Below are positions 7,689-17,363 of a stretch of DNA of 64,000 nt, piece by piece. Within the stretch, counting starts at the first letter, position 1. Every line of letters begins with the position of its first letter. Origin of the DNA: Alphaproteobacteria bacterium (GTDB lineage: Bacteria > Pseudomonadota > Alphaproteobacteria > Micavibrionales > Micavibrionaceae); contig JAGLMC010000048.1 in assembly GCA_023140215.1 (NCBI GenBank), positions 379-64,378 on the forward strand, written 5' to 3'. The position numbers were made by a program, and so were the translations under genes. A model generated the notes under the pieces. That model saw only the letters and a program-made list of their open reading frames with translations, searched no databases and was not told where the DNA came from.

Positions 7689-9269
7689 TTATCGCTTGTT
7701 CTTTTTGCGATTCTTTTTCTTGCCACTTACGTGTGGTGAAGAATTTCCTAATAATTCGGCTAAATCACCGGATGGTACACCTCCTGAAGACATTGCCCCA
7801 CCGGCTGTAAACGGGTTTGCACCAAGAATGCTATTGGAGGAATTTTCAGCTCCTTGAATTGCACTTATATCTGCACCTAGCCCGTCCGGATCCATGCTTT
7901 GTGCCATAAGCTCCAGATCATCGGTGTTTCCTCCCATCATTTCTTTCATCATGCCCATCATTTTCCTAGTGCCCATTTTGCGCATTTTCTTCATCATGCC
8001 TTGCATTTGTTTGAGCTGTTTAGCCAGTTTGTTAATTTCCTGTACGCTTGTACCTGAACCGGAAGCTATACGTTGTTTACGGCGCATATTTAAAAGCTCC
8101 GGCTTTTCACGTTCAGCAATAGTCATAGACAGGATAATTGCTTCTTGTTTTTTTATCATAGAATCATCTACGCCAGCCTCATCTAAAGCACCTGCTATTT
8201 TTCCCATACCGGGCAGCATTTTAAGCATTGTGCCCATACCACCCATTTTTTGCATCTGACGCATTTGTGATAGCAAATCATTAAAATCAAACTTGCCTTT
8301 TTTGAACTTGGCGGCCATCTTTTCAGCTTCGGCAGCATCGACACTTTCAACGGCTTTTTCAACAAGAGATACAACATCACCCATACCAAGAATGCGTCCG
8401 GCAATCCGTTCAGGATGAAAAGTTTCAATTTCACTCCAGTTTTCTCCAACACCTATGAGTTTGATTGGCTTGCCTGTTACAGCTTTCATAGACATTGCAG
8501 CTCCGCCTCTGGAATCACCATCGACGCGTGTAAGCATAATGCCGGTTATCCCGACTTGTGCATCAAAAGCAGTGGCAGTCTGAACTGCGTCTTGCCCTGT
8601 CATAGCATCGGCAATTAACAATGTTTCAACAGGATTAGTCACATCCTTGATTGACTTGGCCTCAGCCATAAGCTTTTCGTCAATGGATAAACGGCCGGCC
8701 GTATCAAGCATAACAACGTCATAGCCTTCTTTGCTTGCGGTTTTCATAGCTCGTTTGGCAATATCGACAGGCTTTTGATCTTTAATAATTTCCAGCGTAG
8801 CTATACCGGTTTGTTCACCGAGCTGTTTTAATTGCTCTTGCGCTGCCGGACGGTAAATATCCAGAGAAGCCATAAGAACTTTTTTCTTATGCTTTTTGGT
8901 GAGAAGTTTTGCAATTTTAGCAGTAGATGTTGTTTTACCAGATCCTTGCAATCCAAGCATTAAATAGGCGCAAGGTGGTGTGGAAAATTGCAGTTCATCT
9001 GCGGAAGAGCCTAGCATTTCTATCAGTGCATCATGGACAATTTTTATGATTTGCTGACCGGGATTAATACCTTTAATGACATTTTCACCAATAGCTTTGC
9101 CTTTAATAGCAGATATGAAGTTCTTAACAACCGGCAGAGCAACATCAGCCTCAAGTAACGCTATGCGTATTTCACGGCTAACAGTCATTACATCATTTTC
9201 AGATAGAGTGCCTTTGCCGCGTAGCTTGTCGAATACGTTTCCTAATTTATCACTGAGCGAGTTAAACAT
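7689..9269 (-). CDS. ffh: Signal recognition particle protein Ffh
   Basis: 526 aa. GLQGSGKTT, DTAGR and the Met-rich M domain (MQKMGGMGTMLKMLPGMG) are present. The C-terminal tail is long, Gly/Ser-rich and ends basic (KKKNRKKNKR). Confidence 0.95.
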   Translation of the reverse strand: MFNSLSDKLGNVFDKLRGKGTLSENDVMTVSREIRIALLEADVALPVVKNFISAIKGKAIGENVIKGINPGQQIIKIVHDALIEMLGSSADELQFSTPPCAYLMLGLQGSGKTTSTAKIAKLLTKKHKKKVLMASLDIYRPAAQEQLKQLGEQTGIATLEIIKDQKPVDIAKRAMKTASKEGYDVVMLDTAGRLSIDEKLMAEAKSIKDVTNPVETLLIADAMTGQDAVQTATAFDAQVGITGIMLTRVDGDSRGGAAMSMKAVTGKPIKLIGVGENWSEIETFHPERIAGRILGMGDVVSLVEKAVESVDAAEAEKMAAKFKKGKFDFNDLLSQMRQMQKMGGMGTMLKMLPGMGKIAGALDEAGVDDSMIKKQEAIILSMTIAEREKPELLNMRRKQRIASGSGTSVQEINKLAKQLKQMQGMMKKMRKMGTRKMMGMMKEMMGGNTDDLELMAQSMDPDGLGADISAIQGAENSSNSILGANPFTAGGAMSSGGVPSGDLAELLGNSSPHVSGKKKNRKKNKR

Positions 9270-9436
9270 TTCTAGCCTTTCCTTGTTATTGCAAGCCTTA
9301 GTTTCATGGTGATTAACAATCCGAACTTAACAAAACAAACTAACCCCAATGAGCGTAAATTCGCCGATTGGGGGATACCTGATCCTCTAAAGACCTTGGG
9401 CACTGAAATTAATAGCTTTCAGTGAAATTTGGTGGC

Positions 9437-9465
9437 AAGCTATGTGGGTTTGCAGGGAATGTCAA
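9437..9465 (-). promoter_or_regulatory. Candidate sigma70-type promoter for ffh
   Basis: The minus strand reads TTGACA (9465..9460), a 17-nt spacer, then TAGCTT (9442..9437). This would give a ~165-nt leader containing two hairpins. It is a sequence pattern only. Confidence 0.3.
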
Positions 9466-9528
9466 GAAACTTGTTTGAAAGTATAGTGATTTTTAATGTA
9501 AATTATTATGAAAGAAGGGTTTAGGTAA

Positions 9529-10338
9529 ATGCGCTTTATAAAAATGCATGGTTGTGGCAATGATTTTGTTATTTTGGATCAAAGAGATATACGAGGTATG
9601 TTGACTAATGCCCAGATCATAAAGATTTGTGATCGTCATTTTGGTGTTGGCTGTGATTTGCTTGTGATTTTGCATCCTGCTCAAAAAGCAGATATTCGCG
9701 CACAGTTCTTTAATGCAGATGGCTCTGAGTCTGCTGCTTGCGGAAATGCAACCAGATGCGTAGCTGATTTGGTTATGAATGAAATCAATCAGGATTCATG
9801 CAGAATTGAAACAAGCAATGATATTCTCCTTTGCAGAAGAGAAGGGGAACTTGTTGAGGTAGATATGGGAAAAGCTTTTTTGGAGTGGAAGGATATCCCG
9901 CTGTCAGAAAAAATGGATACTCTTGATTTACCTATAGGGGATAATATCCTTTCAAATCCGGTAGCTGTTGGTATGGGAAATCCTCACTGTGTTTTCTTTG
10001 TTGATAATATTGAGGATATTGATGTGGAAAAGTTGGGGTGTACGTATGAACAACATCCATTTTTCCCTGCAAAAACAAATGTAGAGTTTGTGGAAATCAT
10101 ATCAAGAACTAAAATGCGTCAAGTTACGTGGGAGCGTGGTGTCGGTTTGACGCTTGCTTGTGGCTCTGGAGCATGTGCGGTGGCCGTGGCTGCTGTTCGC
10201 CGTGGATTAACAGGGCGTAATGTCGAAATTGAGCTTGAAGGCGGGGTGCTTAATATTGAATGGCGGGAAAAAGACGGTCATGTTCTCATGTCCGGTTCTG
10301 TAGCTCATGTATTTGACGGAACGATAAAAGAACTGTAA
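9529..10338 (+). CDS. dapF: Diaminopimelate epimerase
   Basis: 269 aa. MHGCGNDFVILD is present, with the catalytic Cys motifs CGNATRC and ACGSGACA. Confidence 0.95.
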   Translation: MRFIKMHGCGNDFVILDQRDIRGMLTNAQIIKICDRHFGVGCDLLVILHPAQKADIRAQFFNADGSESAACGNATRCVADLVMNEINQDSCRIETSNDILLCRREGELVEVDMGKAFLEWKDIPLSEKMDTLDLPIGDNILSNPVAVGMGNPHCVFFVDNIEDIDVEKLGCTYEQHPFFPAKTNVEFVEIISRTKMRQVTWERGVGLTLACGSGACAVAVAAVRRGLTGRNVEIELEGGVLNIEWREKDGHVLMSGSVAHVFDGTIKEL

Positions 10339-10348
10339 AACCCCGTTT

Positions 10349-11599
10349 ATGGACAAGAAAGACCCTAAGCTCGTAACTTTTGGTTGCCGGCTTAATACAT
10401 ATGAATCGGAAGTAATGCTATCTCATGCCAAAGCAGCCGGACTTGAGAATGTAATAATATTCAATACATGCGCTGTTACTAAAGAGGCAGAGAGGCAGTC
10501 CAGACAAGCTATTCGTCGCGCACGTAAGGAAAATCCACAGGCGCAAATCATAGTCACAGGATGCTCTGCGCAGATTGATCCACATACTTATGCACAGATG
10601 GATGAGGTTGATCGAGTCATTGGCAATGATTTAAAACTTAAGGCTGAAATTTGGAGAGATAAACCTGAAAAGCGCGTTTTAGTAAATGATATTATGATGG
10701 TTAAGGAAACAGTTTCTCATATGCTAAAGGGTTTTGAGAATCGAGCAAGAGCTATTGTGCAGGTTCAAAATGGCTGTAATCATCGTTGTACTTTTTGTAT
10801 AATTCCCTATGGTCGCGGGAATTCGCGTTCTGTACCGGTTGATATTATAACAGATCAGGTTCGTATTTTAGTTGAGCAGGGCTATAAAGAAATTGTGTTT
10901 ACCGGAGTAGATATTACATCTTATGGCGCTGATTTGCCGGAAGCATTAACACTAGGACAGATGATCCGCCGTATATTGAGCTTAGTTCCAGAGCTTCCTC
11001 GCTTGCGTTTGTCTTCTCTTGATTCGGTTGAGATTGATAAAGATCTTTGGTATTTAATAGAAAATGAGCCACGTTTTATGCCATATCTACATTTATCACT
11101 TCAATCTGGTGATAATATGGTTCTAAAGCGTATGAAAAGACGGCATTTACGTGAAGATATGATCGAAATATGCAATAAAGCACGTAATTTAAGGCCTGAA
11201 ATAACCTTTGGGGCTGATATTATCGCAGGATTTCCAACAGAAACCGAAGAAATGTTTCAAAATACGCTCAATATTGTAGAAGAATGTGATTTAACTTTTC
11301 TGCATGTATTTCCGTATTCAGAGCGTGATGGAACTCCTGCTGCTAAAATGCCGCAAGTTGATATGGGTATTCGTAAAGAACGTGCTGCGCGTTTGCGTGA
11401 TTTAGGTCAAATGCAACTCCAAAGCTCTTTAAAGAACAATATGAATAAAACCATGCAAGCTATTGTTGAGCAAGGAAATATTGCTCGTGCCGAGAATTTT
11501 TTACCAATCAAAATTTCACAGGATATAAAATCCGGAACACTTATTTCTGTTTTAACCCAAGGGATTGATGGAAATAAACTAACCGGTAAGATTCTTTGA
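10349..11599 (+). CDS. mtaB: tRNA methylthiotransferase (MtaB-like radical SAM enzyme)
   Basis: 416 aa. It has the UPF0004 N-terminal domain (TFGCRLNTYESE) and the radical-SAM CNHRCTFCIIP motif. The dapF-mtaB-ftsY synteny is typical of alphaproteobacteria. Confidence 0.85.
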   Translation: MDKKDPKLVTFGCRLNTYESEVMLSHAKAAGLENVIIFNTCAVTKEAERQSRQAIRRARKENPQAQIIVTGCSAQIDPHTYAQMDEVDRVIGNDLKLKAEIWRDKPEKRVLVNDIMMVKETVSHMLKGFENRARAIVQVQNGCNHRCTFCIIPYGRGNSRSVPVDIITDQVRILVEQGYKEIVFTGVDITSYGADLPEALTLGQMIRRILSLVPELPRLRLSSLDSVEIDKDLWYLIENEPRFMPYLHLSLQSGDNMVLKRMKRRHLREDMIEICNKARNLRPEITFGADIIAGFPTETEEMFQNTLNIVEECDLTFLHVFPYSERDGTPAAKMPQVDMGIRKERAARLRDLGQMQLQSSLKNNMNKTMQAIVEQGNIARAENFLPIKISQDIKSGTLISVLTQGIDGNKLTGKIL

Positions 11600-11652
11600 A
11601 ATTACCTTTGTTTTAGGCTCTCTCAAGGCTATAATATTTTCAAGGAGTTGTT

Positions 11653-12828
11653 ATGGTTTTTTGGCGTAAGAAAAAAAATATAAAAGATCAGGAAGAACAA
11701 GAGCATGCTGATGCTGTTATCCATCATGCTGATGATATTCCAATAAAGCCTCCGTCTGAATGTGTGGTTGATTCTCGGACAAAGCGTGATGTTGAACAGA
11801 TAGATGATATACCTCTGCAAGAAATGGATTTGCCTACAGTACATCAACATACTGTAGAAAGTGCTGCAAAGGAAAAAGAAGAGCTTAGAGATCATACAGA
11901 AGAGGGTGGATGGCTTTCCCGTTTAGCATCTGGTTTATCTAAATCAAGCAATAAATTTACTAAAAATATTTCCGGTTTGGTGACAAGGAAAAAGCTGGAT
12001 GAAGAAACACTGGAACAGCTTGAGGATATATTGATTGAGTCAGATTTAGGGCCTAAAACAGCAGCAAATATAATTGAGAGTTTTTCAAAGGATAGATTTG
12101 GTAAAGATATAAGCGAAGAGGAAATAAAAATAGCTCTTTCCGAGAGTATGGAAAAGATACTTTCAGGCGTTGCGCAAAAGCTTGTAGTTAAAAAGCTGGA
12201 TTCAGAGCCTTTTGTTATTGTGATGTGCGGTGTTAACGGAGTTGGAAAAACAACTACTATAGGTAAGCTTGCTTATCATTTGCATTACAAGGAGGGGAAA
12301 TCTGTAATGATGGCTGCCGGAGATACCTTTCGAGCCGCAGCCGTTGAACAGTTGGAAGAATGGGCAAACCGTTCGGGAAGCAAGTTTTTTTCCAAGAGCC
12401 TTGGTGATGATGCTGCTTCCGTGGCTTTTGAAGCATATGAAGAAGCTAAAGCACAAGGCGTTGATGTTCTTTTTATTGATACTGCCGGTCGATTGCACAA
12501 TAAGGCTAATCTTATGGCGGAGCTTGAGAAAATTATACGGGTTCTTAAAAAACAGAATGAAAATCTTCCGCATGCGACACTTTTAGTTCTTGATGCAACA
12601 ACAGGGCAAAATGCTTTTGCACAGCTTGATACATTTAAAGATATGGTTGATATCTCAGGGCTTATCGTTACTAAGCTTGACGGTTCAGCTAAAGGAGGTG
12701 TTCTTGTCGGTCTGGCAGATCAATTCGGCGTACCTGTGCATGCTATTGGAATAGGCGAGGGAATAGAAGATATGCAGTCTTTTTGTGCTCGTGAGTATGC
12801 CAGATCTCTTGTTGGGTTGGAGACATAA
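11653..12828 (+). CDS. ftsY: Signal recognition particle receptor FtsY
   Basis: 391 aa. An acidic N-terminal region is followed by GVNGVGKTTT, DTAGRLHN and TKLDGSAKGG. Confidence 0.95.
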   Translation: MVFWRKKKNIKDQEEQEHADAVIHHADDIPIKPPSECVVDSRTKRDVEQIDDIPLQEMDLPTVHQHTVESAAKEKEELRDHTEEGGWLSRLASGLSKSSNKFTKNISGLVTRKKLDEETLEQLEDILIESDLGPKTAANIIESFSKDRFGKDISEEEIKIALSESMEKILSGVAQKLVVKKLDSEPFVIVMCGVNGVGKTTTIGKLAYHLHYKEGKSVMMAAGDTFRAAAVEQLEEWANRSGSKFFSKSLGDDAASVAFEAYEEAKAQGVDVLFIDTAGRLHNKANLMAELEKIIRVLKKQNENLPHATLLVLDATTGQNAFAQLDTFKDMVDISGLIVTKLDGSAKGGVLVGLADQFGVPVHAIGIGEGIEDMQSFCAREYARSLVGLET

Positions 12829-12882
12829 TTAAATCAAGCCTTAATTCATTGAAATTTAACAAGAAAGCTGTGACAATATTAT

Positions 12883-14304
12883 ATGCTCAATCCTCCTAAA
12901 ATATTCAAATCCAAAAAGTATAAAACACCGGAAGATACCTTTAATGCGATTAAGGATATCTATGAAGCTCATATTTCTTATTTACAAGGTGAGTTCAGGG
13001 CATTTAGTGAAGGTAAGATAAAGCCGGGGGACAAAGTTTCCGCTTGTTATCCGTATGTGAAGGCTGTTACCAAATTTGCGCATAGGTCTGATATGCGGCT
13101 TTCTTATGGTTTTGTTCCCAGACCCGGTATTTATACAGCAACACTGACCCGTCCTGATATTTTTGAAAAATATTATCTGGAACAATTTTCAGAACTTATA
13201 AGAAATCATGAAATTTCGTTAGAGGTTGGTGTTAGCAAGACACCGATTCCAATTCATTTTGCTCTTGGTGATCGTTTTCATCTGGAAAGGGATCTTTCTG
13301 TAAATAAAATTAGAAATTTACCAGATATTTTTGATGTGCCTGATCTTAATATTATGGATGATGAAATTGCTAATGGAGCTTTCGTTGCAAAATCAGGTAA
13401 GCCTTATCCTTTATCTTTATTTACAGCGCAGCGAGTTGATTTAAGTTTGCAGCGTTTAAAACACTATTGCGGGTCTACAGCATCTCATTTCCAAAAGTTT
13501 ATTATTTTTACTAACTATCAATTTTATATTGATGAATTTATTGCTCTTGGAAAGGAACAAGTAAAAACCAGTGAATATACGGAATTCATTGAACCTGTTG
13601 AAGATAAACGCTTACCGCAAATGCCGGCCTATCATCTCAAGCGTGAAGATGGTAGCGGTATTACTATGGTTAATATAGGTGTTGGCCCTTCAAATGCTAA
13701 AACAATTACAGATCATATAGCAGTTTTACGCCCTCATGCTTGGCTGATGCTGGGACATTGCGCAGGATTAAGAAATTCTCAAAAGCTTGGTGATTATGTG
13801 CTGGCACACGGATATTTGCGTGAAGATCAAATTCTTGATGATGATTTGCCATTGAGCATTCCAGTCCCTGCTTTAGCAGAGGTGCAAGTTGCTTTAGAAA
13901 AGGCGGTTGCTCAAGTTACAGGTGAGGAAGGTTATGATCTTAAAAAGATTATGCGTACAGGAACTGTTGCCACAACAGATGATAGAAATTGGGAATTGCG
14001 CCCGTCTATACGTCAAAATCTTCGTTTGTCACAAAGTCGGGCAATTGCAATGGATATGGAATCCGGAACGATTTCTGCTAATGGTTTTCGTTTTCGTGTT
14101 CCGTATGGCACACTTCTGTGTGTTTCTGATAAACCCTTCCATGGACAGTTAAAATTGCCCGGTATGGCAGATAATTTTTACCGTGAGCGTGTTGAACAAC
14201 ACTTGAAAGTTGGTCTTTTAGCTATGACGATGTTGCGTGATTTGAAACCATCCAAGCTTCATAGTCGCAAATTGCGGAGTTTTAATGAGGTTGCGTTTCA
14301 ATAA
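12883..14304 (+). CDS. amn: AMP nucleosidase
   Basis: 473 aa. VNIGVGPSNAKTITDHIAVLRPHAWLMLGHCAGLRNSQKLGDYVLAHGYLRED closely matches the Amn catalytic-domain pattern as I remember it from enterobacterial Amn. Confidence 0.85.
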   Translation: MLNPPKIFKSKKYKTPEDTFNAIKDIYEAHISYLQGEFRAFSEGKIKPGDKVSACYPYVKAVTKFAHRSDMRLSYGFVPRPGIYTATLTRPDIFEKYYLEQFSELIRNHEISLEVGVSKTPIPIHFALGDRFHLERDLSVNKIRNLPDIFDVPDLNIMDDEIANGAFVAKSGKPYPLSLFTAQRVDLSLQRLKHYCGSTASHFQKFIIFTNYQFYIDEFIALGKEQVKTSEYTEFIEPVEDKRLPQMPAYHLKREDGSGITMVNIGVGPSNAKTITDHIAVLRPHAWLMLGHCAGLRNSQKLGDYVLAHGYLREDQILDDDLPLSIPVPALAEVQVALEKAVAQVTGEEGYDLKKIMRTGTVATTDDRNWELRPSIRQNLRLSQSRAIAMDMESGTISANGFRFRVPYGTLLCVSDKPFHGQLKLPGMADNFYRERVEQHLKVGLLAMTMLRDLKPSKLHSRKLRSFNEVAFQ

Positions 14305-14321
14305 AATTATAAAAACGCGCT

Positions 14322-14576
14322 TTAGACAATTATATCAACGATAGAGCCGCGTTTTTGTTCAGATGTTTCTTGATGACTAGAGCTTGACGTCTTTAATTTA
14401 ACGCTGACTTCTTCATTATCTTTAGTTGATGTAGTTTCAGAGGCTTTGGATTTGGCAACCCCTTCTTTTACCTGAACTTCTTCATGTTCACGGGTTTGAC
14501 TTGACTGCCCACCAGGCTGAAATGTATTAGAAATGGGAAGTTGTTGCCCACCAATACCGTTTAATGATCCTGCCAT
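14322..14576 (-). CDS. Small Ser/Thr/Glu/Gln-rich hypothetical protein
   Basis: 84 aa. GGAGA lies 9 nt upstream of the ATG. The composition suggests disorder and I recognise no family. It is convergent with amn, with an 18-nt gap. Confidence 0.4.
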   Translation of the reverse strand: MAGSLNGIGGQQLPISNTFQPGGQSSQTREHEEVQVKEGVAKSKASETTSTKDNEEVSVKLKTSSSSHQETSEQKRGSIVDIIV

Positions 14577-14837
14577 ATCTATGTGTCTCCAGTTAAGTTA
14601 ATACCTTCTTTAATTGTAGAAGAAAGTCTTTAACAAAGGATTATTATATGTTTTTTTTTAAGAAAAGTAAAAAAGTTCTTAATATTTAAGTAATCTTTTA
14701 TTAACGATATAGTAATGAATGTTCTGTATAAATAGGTCTGGGGCAGGGATAAAGTTCTGTAATTAATAACAGTTTTTCCCTGAAGCTAATAAATAACAGG
14801 TCTTATGCATTTTTTCTAATGTATGTGATTATAAAAA

Positions 14838-15995
14838 ATGAATGTGCTGGGGTTTTTAAAAATGGATCTAAGTTTTCTAGATAAGTCTTCTTCTGTGACA
14901 CCTCTTCTTGTACGTCTTTACGATACTCACAAGTTATATGGGTTGGCGAAAGATAAAAAGCCTTTAGCGAGAGTTGAATTAACATCGGCTGTTAGTGAGC
15001 TTTTTACAATGGAGATGTCATCACATGAAAGCGAATTGATAGCAGATGTGTTAATTGAGCTTATGCGTCAGGCTGAAATAGATTTAAGAGAGGCATTATC
15101 TGAACGTTTATCTATTATGGACAATATACCGCTTCGTCTTGTCCTTCAAATGGCTAATGATGAAATTGAGGTTGCTTCTCATGTTTTAAAGAAAAGCAAT
15201 GTTTTGGGAGATCTTGATCTCATATATATTGTTAAATCTAAAAGCACAGAATATTGGCAGGCTATTGCCGGTAGAACTCAGTTGAATGATCAGATTGTAA
15301 ATCTTCTTGCTGATACAAAAGATTTTGATACAGCTATAACTTTAGTTAAAAATATGAATCTCTCGCTAACAAAGCATGCTGTCACAGTATTATCTGATAT
15401 GGCTCAGAACTCAGAAGTTTTGGCTCGTCCGCTTTTGCGTAGAGATGAAGTTTCAAGCGATATTGCATCTCTTCTTTATAGATTTGTTGGAGAGGAATTA
15501 AAGCATTTCATTCGTAATAATTATGATCTGGATACAGGCAGTTTAATTGATACTGTTGATGATATTGTTTTAGAATTGCAGAGTATTGATGATAAGAGTG
15601 AATTTACTCCGCAGCAGAGTACTTTAAACGCTGCAAATCGTTATAAAGAAAAAGGACTTTTAACTGTAAAGCTTATGCTTGGTACATTACGCCGTAGTCA
15701 GATTCCATCTTTTATTGCGCAATTTTCAAGGTTTTCAGGGCTTTCTTCCGGAACAGTGGAGACAATACTTGCGCAACCAAACGGACAAGGGCTTGCTGTG
15801 GCATGTAAAGCTTTTGATCTTGTGAAAGAAGATTTTATATCTATATTTTTGCTGACAAATCGTGTTCGTAATAATGGAAAAATGGTTGATTTAAAAGATA
15901 TGACACGAGCAATTAACTATTACGATCGAATTGAAATAGACGTTGCACGCGGGATTATGAAGAATTCTTTGGATATTGAAACTGAATTACAGTGA
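14838..15995 (+). CDS. DUF2336-family protein (conserved alphaproteobacterial protein of unknown function)
   Basis: 385 aa. The pattern ...DEIEVASHVLKKSNVLGDLDLIYIVKSKSTEYWQAIAGR... resembles DUF2336 repeats as I recall them. The start could instead be the internal Met at codon 9. Confidence 0.65.
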   Translation: MNVLGFLKMDLSFLDKSSSVTPLLVRLYDTHKLYGLAKDKKPLARVELTSAVSELFTMEMSSHESELIADVLIELMRQAEIDLREALSERLSIMDNIPLRLVLQMANDEIEVASHVLKKSNVLGDLDLIYIVKSKSTEYWQAIAGRTQLNDQIVNLLADTKDFDTAITLVKNMNLSLTKHAVTVLSDMAQNSEVLARPLLRRDEVSSDIASLLYRFVGEELKHFIRNNYDLDTGSLIDTVDDIVLELQSIDDKSEFTPQQSTLNAANRYKEKGLLTVKLMLGTLRRSQIPSFIAQFSRFSGLSSGTVETILAQPNGQGLAVACKAFDLVKEDFISIFLLTNRVRNNGKMVDLKDMTRAINYYDRIEIDVARGIMKNSLDIETELQ

Positions 15996-16029
15996 TTTTG
16001 AATAAGAATCGTATGATTCTATTCAAAAT
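15995..16029 (+). terminator. Strong hairpin immediately after the DUF2336 gene stop
   Basis: ATTTTGAATAAGAATC-gtat-GATTCTATTCAAAAT forms a ~15-bp stem with one bulged A and starts at the last base of the stop codon (TGA 15993..15995). The T-tract is weak. Confidence 0.45.
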
Positions 16030-16111
16030 TGTACCGTGTGACTGCACGGCGGGCGTAAGCCCGAAGCATGTCCGGCGTTTAATACAAATTGTTATAAAAG
16101 AATAAGATTTA

Positions 16112-17320
16112 TTAAGATGTTTCGGTATAAGCACTAAGCGCTGCCACACCCGGCAGTGTTTTTCCTTTTAGCCATTCTAAAAATGCACCGCCTGCTGTTG
16201 ATATATAGCTAAATTGTTCAGCAACACCTGCATTTTCAAGAGCTGCAATCGTATCACCACCACCTGCGATGCTAACAATATCACCGTGATTAGTTAGCTT
16301 TGCCACGCCTTTAGCTAATGCATTGGTTCCATTGTCAAAAGGCTTGATTTCAAATACGCCCATTGGCCCATTCCATAAAATTGTTTTGCAAGTTTTGATT
16401 TTTTCAAGTGTATATTTTATACTCTCCGGGCCGGTATCAATAGCCATTCGTCCTTCAGGTATTTTAGAGCTTGGAAGTATTTTAAATTCTGCATTTTCTT
16501 TAAGCTCTGTAACGCTTACCAGATCAATAGGTAAAATAATTTCACAATTATTATTTTTGGCATAAGCCATAATTTCTCTGGCTTTTTCTGCCATGCCTTT
16601 TTCACATAAGGAGCTTCCTACATCAGCGCCATTAGCATATAGAAATGTATTTGCCATACCGCCACCAAGAATCAGGAAGTCAGCTTTTTCAATTAAGTTA
16701 TTAAGAACACTGAGTTTTGTTGATATTTTTGATCCGCCTGCAATAGCAGCAACCGGTTTTTCAGGATTTCCAAGAGCTTTATCTAAAGCTTTAAGCTCTT
16801 CTTCCATAAGTAATCCGGCAACAGAAGGCATTAAATGCGCGATACCTTCAGTTGAGGCATGAGCGCGGTGAGATGTTGAAAAGGCATCGTTAACATATAT
16901 ATCCCCAAGGCTTGCAAGTGTTGCTGCAAATGTTGGGTCGTTAGCTTTTTCTTCTTTGTAAAAGCGTACATTTTCAAGCAGTGCAATATCTCCGGCTTTA
17001 AGAGTTGTGGCAATTTCTTTTGCTCTTTCACCAATACAATCAGGAGAGAAGCTAATATCAACGCCCCAACATTCTTTAAGAACCGGTAATAAAAAAGCCA
17101 TGGACATTTCAGGATTTTGCTCCCCTTCAGGACGGCCAAAATGTGAGAGAATTAAAATTTTAGCTCCGGCATTGCGTAAGTAATCAATCGTAGGCTTAAT
17201 ACGGTCAATGCGAGTTGTATCTGTAACTCGTCCTCTTTGAGCGGGGACATTAAGGTCTACCCTTAAAATCACGGTTTTATTTTGAAATGTAATGTCTTTG
17301 ATTGATTTAAAGCTCTTCAT
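16112..17320 (-). CDS. pgk: Phosphoglycerate kinase
   Basis: The PGK pattern runs throughout (VILRVDLNVP, ILLSHFGRP, STGGGA-type C-terminus). I moved the start to Met29 of the track ORF (MKSFKSIKD...), because the longer form would overlap the upstream gene. Confidence 0.95.
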   Translation of the reverse strand: MKSFKSIKDITFQNKTVILRVDLNVPAQRGRVTDTTRIDRIKPTIDYLRNAGAKILILSHFGRPEGEQNPEMSMAFLLPVLKECWGVDISFSPDCIGERAKEIATTLKAGDIALLENVRFYKEEKANDPTFAATLASLGDIYVNDAFSTSHRAHASTEGIAHLMPSVAGLLMEEELKALDKALGNPEKPVAAIAGGSKISTKLSVLNNLIEKADFLILGGGMANTFLYANGADVGSSLCEKGMAEKAREIMAYAKNNNCEIILPIDLVSVTELKENAEFKILPSSKIPEGRMAIDTGPESIKYTLEKIKTCKTILWNGPMGVFEIKPFDNGTNALAKGVAKLTNHGDIVSIAGGGDTIAALENAGVAEQFSYISTAGGAFLEWLKGKTLPGVAALSAYTETS

Positions 17321-17363
17321 GAATTTTCTTTCTTTTGATGAAGCTTGTTTGTTGTTTGTATAG

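Noticed and set aside
14311-14357. AAAAACGCGC…GCCGCGTTTTT between amn and the small ORF looked like a possible bidirectional terminator.
   Set aside because: The complementary arms are only ~6-7 bp and are separated by a ~27-nt loop that lies partly inside the small ORF's 3' end. This is too weak to call.
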